A stretch of DNA of 64,000 nt from Eledone cirrhosa (GCA_964016885.1 OZ024742.1:183148001-183212000), one strand, 5' to 3'. Shown: positions 15,059 through 30,345, counted from the stretch's first letter. The notes: generated by a model from the sequence alone, not told the origin. Made by a program: numbers and translations.

Positions 15059-15269
15059 ATATATATGTATATATATATATATATATATACACACACATAT
15101 TTATAAATATATATAAATATATATACATACATATATACACGTATATATATATACATACACACACATATATATATATTTATATATACATATATATATATAC
15201 ACACATATAATGTATACATATATATATATATATATACATATACACATATACATATACATGCATACATAT

Positions 15270-15334
<65 letters not shown>

Positions 15335-15703
15335 CTTATACATACATAGATATATCATTCAAGTGAGGACCATATTGCAGTCCACCTGTTGATAATCCCT
15401 CTACAATATGGAATCTTTCCTTTTTATGGTGAAACATTCTCTTAGTTATAAAAGGACAGTTTGAGCATTTTAATTTATTATTTTAATTGATATGTATTCT
15501 CCATTCCTTTCGTAAACCATGTTTTTTACTCTGGTGGTATTCTATTGCCTATAATTGAGCACATACCTCTCTGTGTATTTTTCTTTATATACTATCTTAT
15601 GAAGAGCCCGGTTTCTGTTTCTTGCGCTCATTGAATTACAGGGAATTAACGCGGGTCAATAACTCCGTTTTTTTAATTTGATACATTTACATGTATACAT
15701 TTG

Positions 15704-15786
<83 letters not shown>

Positions 15787-15794
15787 TTCCTTCG

Positions 15795-15830
<36 letters not shown>

Positions 15831-15834
<4 letters not shown>

Positions 15835-16058
15835 CGAAGGAAATGTGGTAAGGAATAAGATGGACCATAACTCACCAAAGTACTCAATACTTAGGGTAGT
15901 AGAGTGGGTAATAGGAACGAGTAGGACCCCGACGGCTGAGCTCAAGCCGTTTCGACGGCTACTTCTGGACTAAAAAAAAAAATGATTTTTTTTTTTTTTT
16001 TAAGTCCAGAATTAGCCGTCGAAACGGCTTGAGCTCAGCCGTCGGTGTCCTACTCGTT

Positions 16059-16062
<4 letters not shown>
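15831..16062 (-). mobile_element. Family Q element with fold-back palindrome, in (TA)n
   Basis: 15912-15972 is inverted at 16002-16062; each arm carries the GAAA/stem III/GTC half of a hammerhead. Confidence 0.85.
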
Positions 16063-16156
<94 letters not shown>

Positions 16157-16163
16157 TATATAC

Positions 16164-16254
<91 letters not shown>

Positions 16255-16803
16255 TATACATATATATATATATACATATATATATATACATATATATACA
16301 TACGTACATACAGATGATAATAGCTGCAATTCGATTTCGAGTAATGCCACCACTTGATACATAGGCATGAGCATCGTAGACGAGGCTTTTCGGTCTTGCT
16401 AGGTACTTGCCTATGGCCAGCTATGCCATGCGTTCGAAAAGATGTCACACGGGGCCAGTATCACTCTCTGAACATCGAATTCATTTGCCCCAAAACTACA
16501 ACTGGTCTACATCATTGGATGCAAACGAAGTCGCAGGTTTTATAACAGCGTGGCCTTCACTTAGAGAGACATCTCTGGCTCAACAAAGGAAAAAAGAAAG
16601 AAAATCTTTATTGGATGTCCGATGACACTCCTGAGGTCCTCTGCCGATTGATGGGTCTTGTTTTTCATCAGGTTGGGTGTCCAAAATCACCCTGCTCATC
16701 AAACAAGCTTCGTGGTCAAGGCGAAGACCTAACCATGAACAGGTTCGACTGGGTGGGTTACATGTTACTAGGAGCGCTGAAGAGCGATAGAGCGTTCTAA
16801 CAA

Positions 16804-16835
<32 letters not shown>

Positions 16836-16862
16836 TTATATCTAAACATATATACACACATG

Positions 16863-16966
<104 letters not shown>

Positions 16967-16975
16967 TATATACAT

Positions 16976-17044
<69 letters not shown>

Positions 17045-17051
17045 CATATAT

Positions 17052-17082
<31 letters not shown>

Positions 17083-17142
17083 CATATATATACAGACATA
17101 TATATACATACATACATATATACAGACATATATATACATACT

Positions 17143-17218
<76 letters not shown>

Positions 17219-17220
<2 letters not shown>

Positions 17221-17420
17221 AATAACAGGTTAAAGTTTAAGCAAAGTATCACTGATTTCACACTTAACGGGATCTTCAGAAGATCCCGTTAAGGGTGAAC
17301 GCAGCTGTTGCTCCTGTAAACTTTAATCTGTTATTTTATAAATATTTGCTCTATGGCTCTATTATATGTGATATAGATTTATACTTATCATGCCCTCTTC
17401 GGATTTTTCTCTTCACATTT
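17219..17420 (+). mobile_element. Family B element: ~120-bp palindrome centred on a CTGAAGA hammerhead core, plus tail
   Basis: ttaacgggatcttc-a-gaagatcccgttaag axis; tail homologous to the reverse complement of 25140-25220. Confidence 0.8.
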
Positions 17421-17428
17421 ATTATTAT

Positions 17429-17505
<77 letters not shown>

Positions 17506-17539
17506 AGAAGTGATAACATAACAGTTAGTTCACCATACC

Positions 17540-17575
17540 GAGAACAATTGTCTCACCCTTGCGGATCTTCAGCTC
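17540..17575 (-). ncRNA. Hammerhead with GAAA>GAGA mutation (family of 25743)
   Basis: GAG CTGAAGA TCC GCAA GGGT GAGA CAATTG TT/ CTC. Confidence 0.65.
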
Positions 17576-17613
17576 ATACGTATGTGAATATATATATATA
17601 TATGTATATATAA

Positions 17614-17679
<66 letters not shown>

Positions 17680-17874
17680 GTGTGTGTGTATATATATAAA
17701 TATATATATATATAACTTTGATAACTTTGATAGGTATCGACCAGTATTGGCCCAGGCCATTTCTATCTTAATAGCACCACCTGGTATATATATATATTTA
17801 TATATATATATATAGAGCACATAGAGCACTCTTCACTTCTATGACCTTTTCTGTTTTCAACGGAAATTTCAATA

Positions 17875-17993
<119 letters not shown>

Positions 17994-18001
17994 GTATATA
18001 T

Positions 18002-18091
<90 letters not shown>

Positions 18092-18269
18092 GATGGCTGC
18101 CCCCTCTTTATCGAGTATGCCCATTACTCAATATGACATTATTAATAATTATTAATTAAGAGGTTAACTTTGCCTTTCTTCCTTACGGGGTCGATAAAAT
18201 AAAGTACCAGTAATACACTGGTTTATTGCTGGCCTTGTGCCAAAAGTAGAAACAATTAATTAATTCTGT

Positions 18270-18500
18270 CATGCAATGCCTGTGCGTGAAAATATTCTTT
18301 AAAGTGAAGAAAGTCCGTGACTGAGCCAATCCCACTCTCAGTGTAGCTATAATCCGAAAAGAAGGAAAGATCAACATCATCGGTAACTACTGACCGCAGG
18401 TTTTATATCGGAGTTATCCAGTTTCCTGAGTTGCCTTCTCCTAGAAGAATGCCCTGACAAAGGCTAGGGGTCCTTCACTCCCAGTGGTTTAACCGTGCCA
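18270..18500 (-). mobile_element. RTE-type LINE 5' region fragment
   Basis: Reverse complement tagcctttgtcagggca...taggagaaggcaactc is an RTE 5'UTR-like motif; homologs at ~20220-20440 and ~55625-56230. Confidence 0.55.
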
Positions 18501-18532
18501 TCGAGTGTCCAGCCCGACTATTTCTATGTCCA

Positions 18533-18600
<68 letters not shown>

Positions 18601-18795
18601 GTATATATATATACATATATACATATATATATATCCATTCATATATACATATATATATATATATACATACATACATATACATACATATATACATATACAT
18701 ACATAGATACATATATATACATACATATATACATATATATATACATAGATACATATACATATATACAACATATATACATATATATATTTACATGC

Positions 18796-18842
<47 letters not shown>

Positions 18843-18935
18843 TATATACATATATATACATATATATATATACATACATATATATATATATACATACATA
18901 TATATATACATATATATATATATACATATATATAC

Positions 18936-18966
<31 letters not shown>

Positions 18967-18991
18967 CATATATATACATATATATATATAC

Positions 18992-19040
<49 letters not shown>

Positions 19041-19307
19041 AATATATCGATATATAAACATATATGTATATATATATATACACACACACACATATATATA
19101 TATATTTATACATACATATATATATATATACATACATATATACATATGTATATATATATATGTATGTATGTATATACATACATATATATAAATACATCCA
19201 TGCATACATATATATATATATACATATACATACATATATACATATGTATATATATATACATATATACATATGTATATATATACATACATATATATATATA
19301 TACATAT

Positions 19308-19393
<86 letters not shown>

Positions 19394-19548
19394 ATATGTA
19401 TATATATATATATATATGTATGTATTTAACTATATGTATGTATATATATACATATGTATATATGTATTTATATATATACATATGTATATATGTATGTATA
19501 TGTATATATATATATGTATGTATGTATGTATTTATATATGAACTAACC

Positions 19549-19604
<56 letters not shown>

Positions 19605-19609
19605 GGTTA

Positions 19610-19748
19610 GTTCAGATCTAGCTGTCGAAACGGCCGGAGCTCAGCTGTCGAGGTCCTGACTCCTTTCCTATTACCCACTCTACTACCCTAAAGTATCGAG
19701 TACTCTGGTGCGTCATGGTCCATCTGGTTCCTTACCACACTTCTGTCG

Positions 19749-19752
<4 letters not shown>
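19610..19752 (+). mobile_element. Family Q element in (TA)n
   Basis: gtcGAAAcggccggagctcagctGTC followed by the family tail ...ccttaccacacttctgtcgttat. Confidence 0.8.
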
Positions 19753-19792
<40 letters not shown>

Positions 19793-19842
19793 GTACATAT
19801 ACACACATATATATATATTTATTTATATTTATATATATATAT

Positions 19843-19887
<45 letters not shown>

Positions 19888-19904
19888 TACATATACATAT
19901 ATAT

Positions 19905-20030
<126 letters not shown>

Positions 20031-20051
20031 GTATATATATAGATATATATG

Positions 20052-20099
<48 letters not shown>

Positions 20100-20544
20100 C
20101 ATATACATATATATATATATATATACATATATATATACACATATACATATATATATATACATATATATAAACACATATACATCTATATATAAACATTATA
20201 TATATATCCTGAACAAGCAATGGCCGTGCTTTGAAGGTTTTTTAACTGGAGAAAGGCCTTGCACTCGACCAATCCCACTGTCTGTGCATCGAAAATACTA
20301 CCCGAAAAGGAGAACTAGTCAACATCATCGGATGCTTCCGAAGCCGCAGATTTCTTTTCAGAGTTTCCATACCCAAGAAAGGTGTTGTGACCACAACTGG
20401 GGCCTTTCACTCCCAGGTGAAAAAACCCCACAAAAACTACTATTTGGATGGGCGTTAGCAGGTATATATATATATATACATACACACATGTATATATATC
20501 TTTACAGATTTCTATATATTTATATATATATCATTATTATCATC

Positions 20545-20835
20545 ATCATCATTTTACGTCCGCTTTTCCCTGCTTCCAAGGGTTGGATGGGTCCTATTCA
20601 GCACAGCCTCTCTCCACTTGTCACGTTCCTTCGTCATCTCCTCATGTTTTTCGAGGTCTACCTCCGCTGCGTCTTCCTTCTACTTGAATTTCTTGGCACT
20701 TCTTTACGGTCATCCTCCATGTACATCACATGTCCATACCATCTCAGCCTTCTCTCCTGCACACCCCAACTTATCCCTCTTATACCCAGTTTCTTTCTCA
20801 ACACGTCTATGCTTGGTCGATCACGCACATTGACA
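20545..20835 (-). mobile_element. RTE LINE 3' end with (GAT)n tail
   Basis: Reverse strand encodes [27 protein letters not shown] and ends ...ggacgtaaaatgatgatgat. Confidence 0.8.
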
Positions 20836-21339
20836 TATATATATAATAAAGGATCGATCGACTTTTCGTCAAATCGGACCGAGGAAACAATGTTTCCGTC
20901 GGTCTTTCCAGTTGCTAGTACTATCTATCGGTCGCAACTCCAGGTAGAAGGAACAATCTGAAATAAAGTGTCTTGCTGGTCCAGGAATCGAACTCACAAC
21001 CTCAAGATTGTGAATCCAATTCTCTAACCACTCAGCCACACGCCTTCACATATATATATATATACATCTACAGATATATACATATTTATATATATACATA
21101 TACATATATATATATATACACATATGCATATATATATATATTCGATATGTCTCATGAAATAATACAGCCAATTTTCCACGCAATACTTTTAGTTAGCACC
21201 CCGAACGCTTAATTAGGACTTATTTCCTAACTTATTTCCTAATCTTTGTTGAGTGAGTTGGAATTTGGCCGGAGTATCGCTAAAAAGCTTTCTCCGATAT
21301 TGTATTTATTTATATATACATATACATATATATATATAC

Positions 21340-21373
<34 letters not shown>

Positions 21374-21376
21374 TTG

Positions 21377-21408
<32 letters not shown>

Positions 21409-21411
21409 TGC

Positions 21412-21442
<31 letters not shown>

Positions 21443-21487
21443 CATATAGATACATATATATACATATCTATATCATATATATATATA

Positions 21488-21556
<69 letters not shown>

Positions 21557-21689
21557 TCATCATCATCATCATCATCATTTTACGACCGCTTTTCCCTGCT
21601 TGCAAGGGTGGGACATATATATAAACATATATATATACGTATATATAAACATATATATATACATAATATATATAAAAATATATACTCTT

Positions 21690-22125
21690 CTTTTACTCTT
21701 TTAACTGTTCCAGCTATCCGACTGGGGGCCAATATGGAGCACCCCTTTTGTTCCTATTCATTCTATATGCAACCTGTGTTGCCTGACCATTGGTGTAGGA
21801 GGGAGTTCATTGCTGCTGCCCTTAGGTTACCTTCGTTCCATGCTTTGAGCTCGTTTGGGATCCTGGATAGCAGCGTGTCAACATGTTTCTTGAAAACATC
21901 CACGTCCACACCATGCAGATCTCAAATTTCTTTGCAGCTTATTACAGATTTGAGGGAATTTGAACCCCAGGTTATTGCAATATTTGCTACTGACTCTAGA
22001 TGTGAAGACGGGACCTTTGGTACCATACAATGAGGAAATATTCGAGGGTTGGTCCATCTCTCAATGCCAAAGTTTTGTGCTAGTCCCTGCACAATCTTCC
22101 ATATGTATATCACAGAGCATCTCTT
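21690..22125 (-). mobile_element. CR1/L2-group LINE 3' end
   Basis: [23 protein letters not shown]...CMVPKVPS; [24 protein letters not shown]. Confidence 0.75.
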
Positions 22126-22167
22126 CCGCCTTCGTTATATATACATATATGTTTACATTTGTATGTT

Positions 22168-22245
<78 letters not shown>

Positions 22246-22544
22246 TTATATATATATATATGTATATATACATATACATATGTTTATATATATGTATATA
22301 TATGTATATATATACACATATATATATGTTTATATATATGTATATATATACATATATATATATACATATATATATATATACATATATAAACATATATATA
22401 TATGTATATATACATATATATATATAAACATACATACATATATAAACATGTACAAATGTAAACATATATGTTTATATATATATGTACATATATACATATA
22501 TATATGTTTATATAAATATATATGTATATATGTATATATGTATG

Positions 22545-22578
<34 letters not shown>

Positions 22579-22579
22579 G

Positions 22580-22627
<48 letters not shown>

Positions 22628-22630
<3 letters not shown>

Positions 22631-22828
22631 AACAAGTATGATCCCGACGGCAGAGCTCAAGCCGTTTCGACGGCTATTTCTGGACGAAATAGTCCAGAAA
22701 TAGCCATCGAAACGGCTGGAGCTCTGCCGACGGGGTCATACTTGCTCCTATTACCCACTCTACTACCCTAAGTATTTAGTACTTTGGTGCGTTATGGTCC
22801 ATCTGGTTCCTTACCACAATTCCCTCGT

Positions 22829-22831
<3 letters not shown>
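22628..22831 (+). mobile_element. Family Q element with fold-back palindrome, in (TA)n
   Basis: gacggctatttctggac-gaaata-gtccagaaatagccatc GAAA cggctggagctctgccg; arms ~22628-22685 and ~22692-22750. Confidence 0.85.
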
Positions 22832-22860
<29 letters not shown>

Positions 22861-22904
22861 AATAACAGGAGGCTAGACTGGTGTAAATCCTTGAAAGGTT
22901 TATT

Positions 22905-22962
22905 ATACTATGATCATTTTAATGACCGGCTTCAGTATGAATCCGGTGATATCATCAGGTAT
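22905..22962 (-). ncRNA. Family C hammerhead with GAAA>AAAA mutation
   Basis: ATAC CTGATGA TAT-C-ACCGG...CCGGT-C-ATT AAAA TGATCA TA/ GTAT; lies within a family C element at ~22860-23158. Confidence 0.7.
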
Positions 22963-23154
22963 TCAAAATATAACAAAGGAATATAACAGATAAAATCCAT
23001 GGGGCTGAAAATGAGAGACAAGAGGACGACCGACTATTTAGCAGCTTCTACCTAAGTCGGCCGCCCTCGAGTGATAAGTGCTCTCCATAATAATATATCG
23101 AGATTGACCTTACGGAATGACCAGTTCTATCCAGTGGTGAACCAACAGACCTAA

Positions 23155-23216
<62 letters not shown>

Positions 23217-23254
23217 TATGAAATACTGTTGCTCACATTAATTTCTCTATTTTC

Positions 23255-23487
<233 letters not shown>

Positions 23488-23494
23488 TATATAC

Positions 23495-23648
<154 letters not shown>

Positions 23649-24115
23649 TTATATATATTTATATATGTTTATATATATCTTTACATATATATGTGTACAT
23701 ATATATATATATACACATATATATATATATATACATAAATATATACATTTAATCATACGTATATATTCCTACGTACAGACACACATATACCTACATATAT
23801 AAGCACACACACACACATATATGTATATATAAATGTATATATATTTATGTATATTTTTATACATACATTTATACATATATACATATACACGCACACACAT
23901 TTATTGATACATATACTTAAATACATGTGTATGTGTGAAGTATGTAGATGTGTATGTATATATATATATATATAAATACATATGCCCATAGAGATATATA
24001 TGCACATGTCTATATATATGGATATATATAGGCATATATAAAATTATATATGGGATATATGTACATATATCTATATATAGGAATATATACATACATATAT
24101 TTATTAGTGTCTATA

Positions 24116-24147
<32 letters not shown>

Positions 24148-24457
24148 CAGCTCTCCCCGGTATTCACGGGGGTTACGTTCCTAATGCAAATGCTAAGAGT
24201 GAAAAACCGCGAATATTGGACGTGATCCATAAAAATGCTTATAAACTTCAAACCATAACGTAAAATTCAGGCTGGCAAATATGGTATGTTGTTACTAATA
24301 ATTAAGCGTTAAAAAGCGTGAAAAAATATATATTATCACGTAAAAAGACATTAAACAATCGTGGAATCTACTTACTCTTCCGCGAATAGGTGGTGGTTTC
24401 CATGAACAATTATTGGTTAGATTGTAAAGAAAATTTTGCAAATGACCGGAGCCGCTG
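24148..24457. mobile_element. Tigger/pogo-like MITE
   Basis: TA-CAGctctccccggtattcacgggggttacgttcc ... ccggagccgCTG-TA. Confidence 0.6.
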
Positions 24458-24621
24458 TATATACATACATATACATATATATATATATATTATGTGTGTG
24501 TATGTGTATATATATATGTGTGTGTGTGTATGTGTGTGTGTGTACCTGAATTTACATATGTATATGCATATATATTTATATGCATATGAATATACATATT
24601 TATGTATATATATGTGTGCGT

Positions 24622-24657
<36 letters not shown>

Positions 24658-24846
24658 ATTGTGGTAAAAAGTGCGGGTTTATATCCGTACTAAGTAGGGC
24701 CCTGAGTGCAGAAGACAAGTTCGGTGTAGAGTTAGTTCCACACGGGTTGAAAATCCGCTCGGCGAAACGCGCGTCCTCGAGTATGGTTTGCTAAATTGTT
24801 GGGTAACCAACTCTCCCTCCCACTCTCTCTCTCTCTCTCTCTCTCT

Positions 24847-24920
<74 letters not shown>

Positions 24921-24927
<7 letters not shown>

Positions 24928-25020
24928 TGTAATAAACAACATAAGGCAATTATTCCATTTGCTTTTAAGAAACCACTGGTAAATGGAATAATTGCCTTAT
25001 GTTGTTTATTACATAACTAT
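24921..25020. repeat. Perfect ~40-bp-arm inverted repeat abutting (TA)n
   Basis: atagttatgtaataaacaacataaggcaattattccattt / aaatggaataattgccttatgttgtttattacataactat. Confidence 0.9.
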
Positions 25021-25079
25021 TAAGCTGTTACCTACATAGAGCACTCTTTTTTCCTGGACTTTTCCGACGGAATTACTTC

Positions 25080-25131
<52 letters not shown>

Positions 25132-25139
25132 ATAATAAT

Positions 25140-25345
25140 AAATTTGAAGACTAAAATCCAAAGAGGGCTCGATAAGGATAAATATATATCAAATATATAA
25201 GAACCGTAGAGCAAATATTTATTAAAATAACAGATTAAAGTTTAAGCAAAGGATCGCAGCTTTCACCCTTAACGGGATCTTCTGAAGATCCCGTTAAGGG
25301 TGAAAGCAGCGATACTTTGCTTAAAATTTAATCTGTTATTTTAAT
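25140..25345 (-). mobile_element. Family B element with palindrome centred on CTGAAGA
   Basis: tttcacccttaacgggatcttc-t-gaagatcccgttaagggtgaaa; arms ~60 bp. Confidence 0.85.
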
Positions 25346-25355
25346 AAATAAATAA

Positions 25356-25414
<59 letters not shown>

Positions 25415-25470
25415 GAAAATAGTCAGGACCACGACGGCTGAGCTCTGGCCGTTTCGACAGCTAGATCCGA

Positions 25471-25514
<44 letters not shown>

Positions 25515-25549
25515 AAATAGGATTTCGCTTCAAGCATAGCTTTATACAA

Positions 25550-25663
25550 TATGTATAAATATTTCGTATATCCAAAGAAATACGGTTTTAGGAAACCGTA
25601 GCTATGCATAACTACGTCTTCTTAAAACCGTATTTCTTTGTATATACGAAATATTTATACATA
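25550..25663. repeat. ~114-bp palindrome ending in a GAAA-TATTTA-TA hammerhead-like half
   Basis: tatgtataaatatttcgtata...tatgcata...tatacgaaatatttatacata. Confidence 0.75.
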
Positions 25664-25673
25664 TATATATATA

Positions 25674-25718
<45 letters not shown>

Positions 25719-25742
25719 GTTCCACAACAGTTAGTTCACCAT

Positions 25743-25785
25743 ACCGAAAACAATTGTTTCACCTTATTCGGATCATCAGCTCGGT
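25743..25785 (-). ncRNA. Type I hammerhead ribozyme, intact core
   Basis: ACCGAG CTGATGA TCC GAATAA GGT GAAA CAATTG TT/ TTCGGT; palindromic stem III ACAATTGT. Confidence 0.85.
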
Positions 25786-25815
25786 CTAAATGAACTTGTA
25801 CGGGGAAAAAAAAAA

Positions 25816-25854
<39 letters not shown>

Positions 25855-26624
25855 CGTGTGTGAATATTAAGTTTTATTCTTTTTTTATAACTTTTGAAAA
25901 CACGTGTAGATCGAATAAATAATGTACTAATTGTTGAAATTCGTGACCTATTTGTGAATTATATATGTATGTCTATATATATAGAGAGAGGCATATATAT
26001 ATTATGACATAGAAATACGTATAAGAGCAATCATATTTGACAGAATTGTATAAGATTCCAGATTGCTCCCTGAATCTGCATTCTTATACAAAAACTCCGT
26101 TATACATAAACTTGAATGATTTTAATCACAGTCGGGAAATTATTATACGTTGTGTGTGGGTGGGTGGGTGTATCTGTGTGTGTGTGTGTCAGTGTGTGTA
26201 GCGACCCGGTCCGGTCCAGCCGGTTAGATGATAGTTTTCTTGCGATGATAACGCCGGGAATCGAACTCACGACCTTAGGTTTGTGAACCGAAGACCCTAT
26301 CCACAGAGCCACTCGCCTCCACATATGAATAAATACATACATATATATGAAATAGCGAACATATATATATACGCAATATACAGATATATAAACAATATAT
26401 TATATTTATGATATATATAAAAAATTAGACTTAATATATACTATATATAAAATAAATATGTAACATTATATATCATATTACGGGGTCGATAAAATAAAGT
26501 ACCAATAATGCACTGGGTTATTTCTGGCCTTGTGCCTAAAGTAGAAACAATTATATATCATATATTCAACATAAATATAACATATACATAAACTATGTAT
26601 ATCATGCATATGTAACATGTGTGG

Positions 26625-26784
26625 CATATATATACATAAGTTGATATAATGTATATATATATTGATGTAGTATATATGAGTATATATATACATAAGCTGA
26701 TATAATGTATATATATATTGATGTAGTATATATGAGTATATATATACATAAGTTGATATAATGTATATATATATTGATGTAGTA

Positions 26785-26790
<6 letters not shown>
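26625..26790. repeat. ~57-bp tandem repeat, about 3 copies
   Basis: tacataagttgatataatgtatatatatattgatgtagtatatatgag recurs with a period of about 57. Confidence 0.85.
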
Positions 26791-26838
<48 letters not shown>

Positions 26839-26898
26839 TGTGTGTGTGTGTGTATATTATATATATACAACACACACACACACACACATATATATATG

Positions 26899-26939
<41 letters not shown>

Positions 26940-26998
26940 TATAGAACATATATTGCATTTATATCGAGGAAATATATGTTTATATATATGATATTTAC

Positions 26999-27033
<35 letters not shown>

Positions 27034-27041
27034 AGCGTATA

Positions 27042-27078
<37 letters not shown>

Positions 27079-27135
27079 GTTTGTGTGTATATATATATAT
27101 ATCTGCCATACGTATATACAAAAATTATATATATA

Positions 27136-27177
<42 letters not shown>

Positions 27178-27255
27178 TATAAATTATGTCCTTAGAATCA
27201 TTTTATAAGATATATACTCAATTTCATATATATATTACATATATTATGTAAGAAA

Positions 27256-27328
27256 CTGTCTGATGAGGGCATGGCACTGGGTACGCGGAATGGCGTGGCC
27301 GCTGTCGTAATCGAAATATGTATCGCAG
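27256..27328 (+). ncRNA. Type I hammerhead ribozyme with long irregular stem II
   Basis: CTGT CTGATGA GGGCATGGC...GCTGTCGTAATC GAAA TATGTA TC/ GCAG, then AATAAAGGA as at 55480. Confidence 0.7.
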
Positions 27329-27380
27329 CCTTATCAATAAAGGACTTTAACATCTGAAACTACTTCTCTCATTTTCTTAT

Positions 27381-27434
<54 letters not shown>

Positions 27435-27609
27435 CTATATATGTATATTTTACAAATATACATATATTTATATATATATCGTATATAACACACACACATA
27501 TATACATATATATACATGTATATGTACGTGCAACATATGTAGTATATATGCGTGTATGTACATATACATATTTATATACATATAGATATTTATAACTATA
27601 CATATATGG

Positions 27610-27712
<103 letters not shown>

Positions 27713-28234
27713 GTACATATACATAGATATCTCTATATGCATATATATAATTATACATATACATACATATAACTATACATATATATAGTTATACATACTA
27801 GCAGAAAAACCACCCTCGGGTGTTTTTCTGCTAGTATGTGTAGTGTGTATATTGATATTATACGCAAGTATATATACATGTAGATATGATACATCAAATA
27901 AAATCGTAATTAACAATATACACAGAAATTGAACGAAGAGGGTGTTACACTGTCTTATGTAATCAGTAACGTAATCCATGATACATTAAAAAAAGACGAT
28001 ATTATATATAAACTGCATTAGGAGAAAATTAGTGACAAAAATTTAGTATGTTTATTTAAGTGATCGCCACCGGAAGTGTTGACATCACACACTCTCTCTT
28101 TCTATATATATGGTAGTTGAAGTGGTGGTGGCAACGATATACCGGAAGTGCAACTTTGAAAAGAAGTCAATTTTAAATTATATATTTTTACGAAATTATT
28201 TTTCTAGAAATTTAGTAGATAAATTATGTAAATA

Positions 28235-28480
28235 AAATAAAGTACCAGTAATGCACTGGGTAATTGCTGGCCTTGTGCCTAAAGTAGAAACAATTATTTT
28301 GAATTGGCAGTATTGGTAGAGGGTCAGATATCCTTTCCAGCGTAGTTACGTCTCTTTACGATCTGAGTTCAAATCCAGCCGACGTTAACTTTGCCTTTCA
28401 TCCTTACGGCGTCGATAAAATAAAGTACCAGTAATGTACTGAGTAATTACTGATATTGTGCCAAAAGTAGAAACAATTAT
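28235..28480 (+). mobile_element. Meta-domain-like SINE (3' fragment plus full copy)
   Basis: tRNA-like head with B-box gagttcaaatcc, Meta-like core and gtagaaacaatta tail. Confidence 0.8.
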
Positions 28481-28606
28481 TTATTCAAAGTAATCCAAGT
28501 TATTTTACTAACGGGATAAAAAAAAACCGTACGTAGTCCCGCAGACCTTCCTTTATTATAGTTTAGATATATAATTACACATACACACACATATATAAAT
28601 ATATAT

Positions 28607-28702
<96 letters not shown>

Positions 28703-29019
28703 GAATATATATACATACATATATAAGCAAACATTGTGTATATATGCATATACACACATATGTATGTGTATATATATATAATAAATAAAGAATTTCGCAG
28801 TTCTGTTTACATGCCAACACAAGAGAAAGAATGGAGGGGCTCATTCTACTGACATGGCTTTAAAAATGAGGCTTGCTTGTATAATTGTAAATAAATCGAA
28901 TATTATTATTAATATTCGAAAAACTTAGATTACATTTATTGTATTCAGTCATGTAGAGAGAAATTTTTAAAAAATATATTTGAATGTGGCAAAGCCGGCC
29001 ATTGATCGCTTGTATACAG

Positions 29020-29135
29020 GAAACTGACTGGCCAGTCTGATGATATGCAAATCTGGCTGATCAGTGGATCTGCTAATATGCAGATCTGACTGATCAGCCA
29101 GTCTGCTAGTATGCAAATCAGGCCGATCAGTCACT
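29020..29135 (+). repeat. 33-bp tandem repeats carrying octamer motifs
   Basis: ATGCAAAT 29045, ATGCAGAT 29078, ATGCAAAT 29111. Confidence 0.8.
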
Positions 29136-29194
29136 GTATATTTGAGAAAATATCATATATTTTCACTAGCTCTGACAGTTGGCAAGTGAACAGT

Positions 29195-29244
29195 GAACTG
29201 TACTGATGAAGGGTGATACCCAGAAACATTAGTGTCTGCAGTTC
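29195..29244 (+). ncRNA. Canonical type I hammerhead ribozyme
   Basis: GAACTGTA CTGATGA A GGGT GAT ACCC A GAAA CA TTAG TG TC/ TGCAGTTC; 8-bp stem I, GUC triplet, predicted cut after 29236. Confidence 0.92.
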
Positions 29245-29595
29245 TGTTTACATGCCAACACAAGAGCAAGAATGAGGGGCTCATTCTACTGACATGGCTT
29301 TAAAAATGAGGCTTGTTCGCATAATTGCAAACGAATCGAATATTATGATTAGTAGTATCGGTAAAGCGTCGGACGCCATGCTTTGTAGCATAGAGTTACA
29401 CCCCTTTATGATCTGAGTTCAAATGCCGCCAAGTTTAACTTTACCTTTCATCCTTACGGGGTCGAAAAATAAAGTACCAGTAATATACTGGTGTAATTGC
29501 TGGCCTTGTGCCAAAAGTTGAAACAACTATTAATATTCGAAAAACTCAGATTACATTTATTGTATACACAGAGACACACACACACACACACACAG

Positions 29596-29659
<64 letters not shown>

Positions 29660-30228
29660 GTATATGTATATATATATATATGAACATATATACGCATGCC
29701 TATACACGCACATAAATATATTGATAGATAAATATGCATACACACACACACACCTATATATACATACATACACCTATATATATATATATACATACAAACA
29801 TGCATGCATTTATGTCAGGTCGTCAACGACTAAACTGACCACCCTGCCAAGCTTGCATGATGAAATGGTTAACCAAGAACACTTCGCAAGGCGAAAAACA
29901 AAACCCATCAGGAGAGTCAACGGCCATCCAATAATGTGTGTATATATACACATGTATGCATATATCTGTATGCATATATGCGTTTATCTTCGCCAACCGT
30001 GGTGACTATGACACACCCAAATTCCATTAGTTCCCAGCAACTCTGGAGTCACCACCCAAGACCATAGGAGTAACTGACTGGACTCCGCGAGAGCAGACAG
30101 GCCCAAGAGGAGAACCAAGTGCCACGAGGACAACCAAGGGAGAAAGAGAGGGGCAACTCCTCAGAGGTGATAATGCCCTCATGAAATATAATCAAAATAT
30201 ACATACATATTTACACACATACACACGC

Positions 30229-30337
<109 letters not shown>

Positions 30338-30345
30338 CTCATTTA

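Larger units (their letters stand above)
28796..29566 (+). mobile_element. Retrozyme-like / pLTR-like unit: 441-nt monomer plus partial second copy interrupted by a SINE (~29353-29530)
   Basis: 28797-~28950 is repeated at 29238-29352 plus 29531-29566; the repeat starts at the hammerhead cleavage site. Confidence 0.8.

Noticed and set aside
24704-24780. CAGAAGA...GAAACGCGCGTC hammerhead-like motif
   Set aside because: Good 3' half, but the core is mutated and stems I/II are poorly paired; not counted
26250-26320. tRNA-like sequence (also ~20980-21045 and 40861)
   Set aside because: A/B boxes are present but the cloverleaf is imperfect and the sequence matches SINE heads
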